DNA of 56,472 bases, from positions 1-56,472 of the IMG/VR virus record IMGVR_UViG_3300022309_000007; one strand, given 5' to 3'. The notes below the pieces were generated by a model. The model was not told the origin of the DNA, did not search any database, and worked only from the letters and a program-made list of their open reading frames with translations. The translations under genes were made by a program, and so were the position numbers. Positions 55,499-56,472 of this stretch are shown piece after piece. Source of the stretch: a virus (lineage: Duplodnaviria; Caudoviricetes). Numbering within the stretch: the stretch's first letter is position 1; each line of letters begins with the position of its first letter.

Positions 55499-55839
55499 TA
55501 ACCGTGCCGACCTATATCCGGCACATCGTCCGTGTCCTTTGTCTGGAGTGCCTGTCTTGCTATGGAAATCGGGCAGGTTTTTCTATGCTTTGATGCGTTG
55601 CAGTACATACATTCTTGATCATTCTCAGTGTGCGGAGGTTTCGACCTCCAGTGTGTCGTGGACTGAATCAGATCGAGCGCTTTCCGCAGCTCCCCAATCT
55701 CGGCAGCAACCTGTTTCAACCTTTCGGCAGACGGTTGCAACGGACATCCGTTCTCGATGCTGAAAGCTATGTCTCGAAGCCAGGTAACAGTATCACTCAC
55801 GATCATTCCCTCCTTTCGACTCGGGACTACCTGAGACAA
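55498..55839 (-). CDS. Hypothetical protein with CxxC..H..C motif
   Basis: AGGAGG before internal MIVS; AAEIGEL motif. Confidence 0.6.
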   Translation of the reverse strand: MSQVVPSRKEGMIVSDTVTWLRDIAFSIENGCPLQPSAERLKQVAAEIGELRKALDLIQSTTHWRSKPPHTENDQECMYCNASKHRKTCPISIARQALQTKDTDDVPDIGRHG

Positions 55840-56194
55840 ACGCTTTGCTTGGGATCATGTATTCTTTTTTGCATGATCCACAGTAAACCCTATTCATTCC
55901 CACCGGAGACCCAGATATGTACAGATGTTGGCAAACCTGCAAGCGAGCGTTTTTGACTTCAGCAGTCAGGCGCACGTTCTCGCCAGTCACCTGCTCGAAC
56001 TTGTTTTGCAATCGTTCGAGGTTGGCTTCGGCGGTGTCGCGTTCGGTAGTCAGGCGCTCTATTTCGGCAACAGCCCGCTGCAAGTGCTTTGCTCGGATGC
56101 TGTGAGTACGCTGCCTTGATCCCTTTGTTTTCTCCGCCAGTCGCAAATTGCGAGATGCTTCTTCTTTGATGTATTGAATCAGGTCAGCCATCAC
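55793..56194 (-). CDS. Coiled-coil protein with C-terminal CxH/CxxC
   Basis: AEIERL heptads; GGAG RBS. Confidence 0.65.
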   Translation of the reverse strand: MMADLIQYIKEEASRNLRLAEKTKGSRQRTHSIRAKHLQRAVAEIERLTTERDTAEANLERLQNKFEQVTGENVRLTAEVKNARLQVCQHLYISGSPVGMNRVYCGSCKKEYMIPSKAFVSGSPESKGGNDRE

Positions 56195-56406
56195 TGTTCT
56201 CCTTCGTCCCTCTCCGTTTCTCGGCCATTATCTGTGTCCCCGTCCGGCTCGCACCAAACCAATACGGTCGTAGCGTCGTCCGGGTCCGTTACTGTGGTTG
56301 TGATGCCTGGATACTTTTTCTCGATTGCCTCGAACGTGTAGCAATTGTCCGGCAGATCATCACCACATCCAGAAAGCAAAACCGATAAAGCCAGCAGCTT
56401 TTTCAT
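56191..56406 (-). CDS. Putative lipoprotein
   Basis: MKKLLALSVLLSG-C lipobox from ATG 56406. Confidence 0.7.
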   Translation of the reverse strand: MKKLLALSVLLSGCGDDLPDNCYTFEAIEKKYPGITTTVTDPDDATTVLVWCEPDGDTDNGRETERDEGEQ

Positions 56407-56472
56407 TTCGTGTCCCCTGTAGGCACTTGCCATTCACCGCGAATCTGCTTTGTGCCAGTAAGTGCGGCTCGC

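Larger units (their letters stand above)
1..56472. mobile_element. Near-complete tailed dsDNA bacteriophage genome (podovirus-type, T7-like tail proteins, no RNA polymerase)
   Basis: Complete head, tail and lysis arm on +, replication arm on -, early small-gene arm on -; no host housekeeping context. Confidence 0.96.

Noticed and set aside
56434-56472. Exact circular junction with position 1
   Set aside because: No terminal overlap seen, and the frame leaving position 1 does not match the frame that ends at TGA 56436-56434
1-56472. tRNA genes, integrase/att site, alternative genetic code
   Set aside because: No cloverleaf or T-loop context, no recombinase motifs, and standard-code ORFs tile the genome without stop readthrough

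Overview
The window is a near-complete genome of a tailed dsDNA phage with podovirus architecture, probably infecting a Gram-negative proteobacterium (spanins, lipoboxes, IHF-consensus sites). It has four parts. (1) A leftward string of small early genes (1-5171), many preceded by near-identical RBS linkers, including a C5-cytosine methyltransferase. (2) A non-coding divergent control region (about 5200-6470) full of palindromes and IHF-like sites, a candidate origin and/or packaging end. (3) A rightward virion and lysis arm (6498-41644): TerS/TerL, portal, scaffold, MCP, T7 gp11/gp12-like tail proteins, ejection proteins (one with an ART-like domain), two tailspikes with duplicated N-termini, holins, GH19 endolysin, Rz/Rz1 and an SPFH protein. 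Two accessory blocks of about 5 kb interrupt this arm. (4) A leftward replication arm (41641-56472): SNF2 helicase, VRR-NUC, family A polymerase, SSB, peptide deformylase, Cas4-like nuclease, phosphoesterase and primase-helicase. I found no integrase, RNA polymerase, reverse transcriptase, tRNA or CRISPR array. Two observations stand out. First, a 55-aa signal/TM gene behind the polymerase carries an in-frame, inverted 76-bp copy of the tailspike virion-attachment helix, with only synonymous changes in its core. Second, two large Cys-rich, signal-peptide-bearing beta-helix/Ig/PASTA proteins plus a sugar-transferase-like gene and a methyltransferase sit inside the virion operon. All family assignments come from motif recognition by eye; no searches were run.
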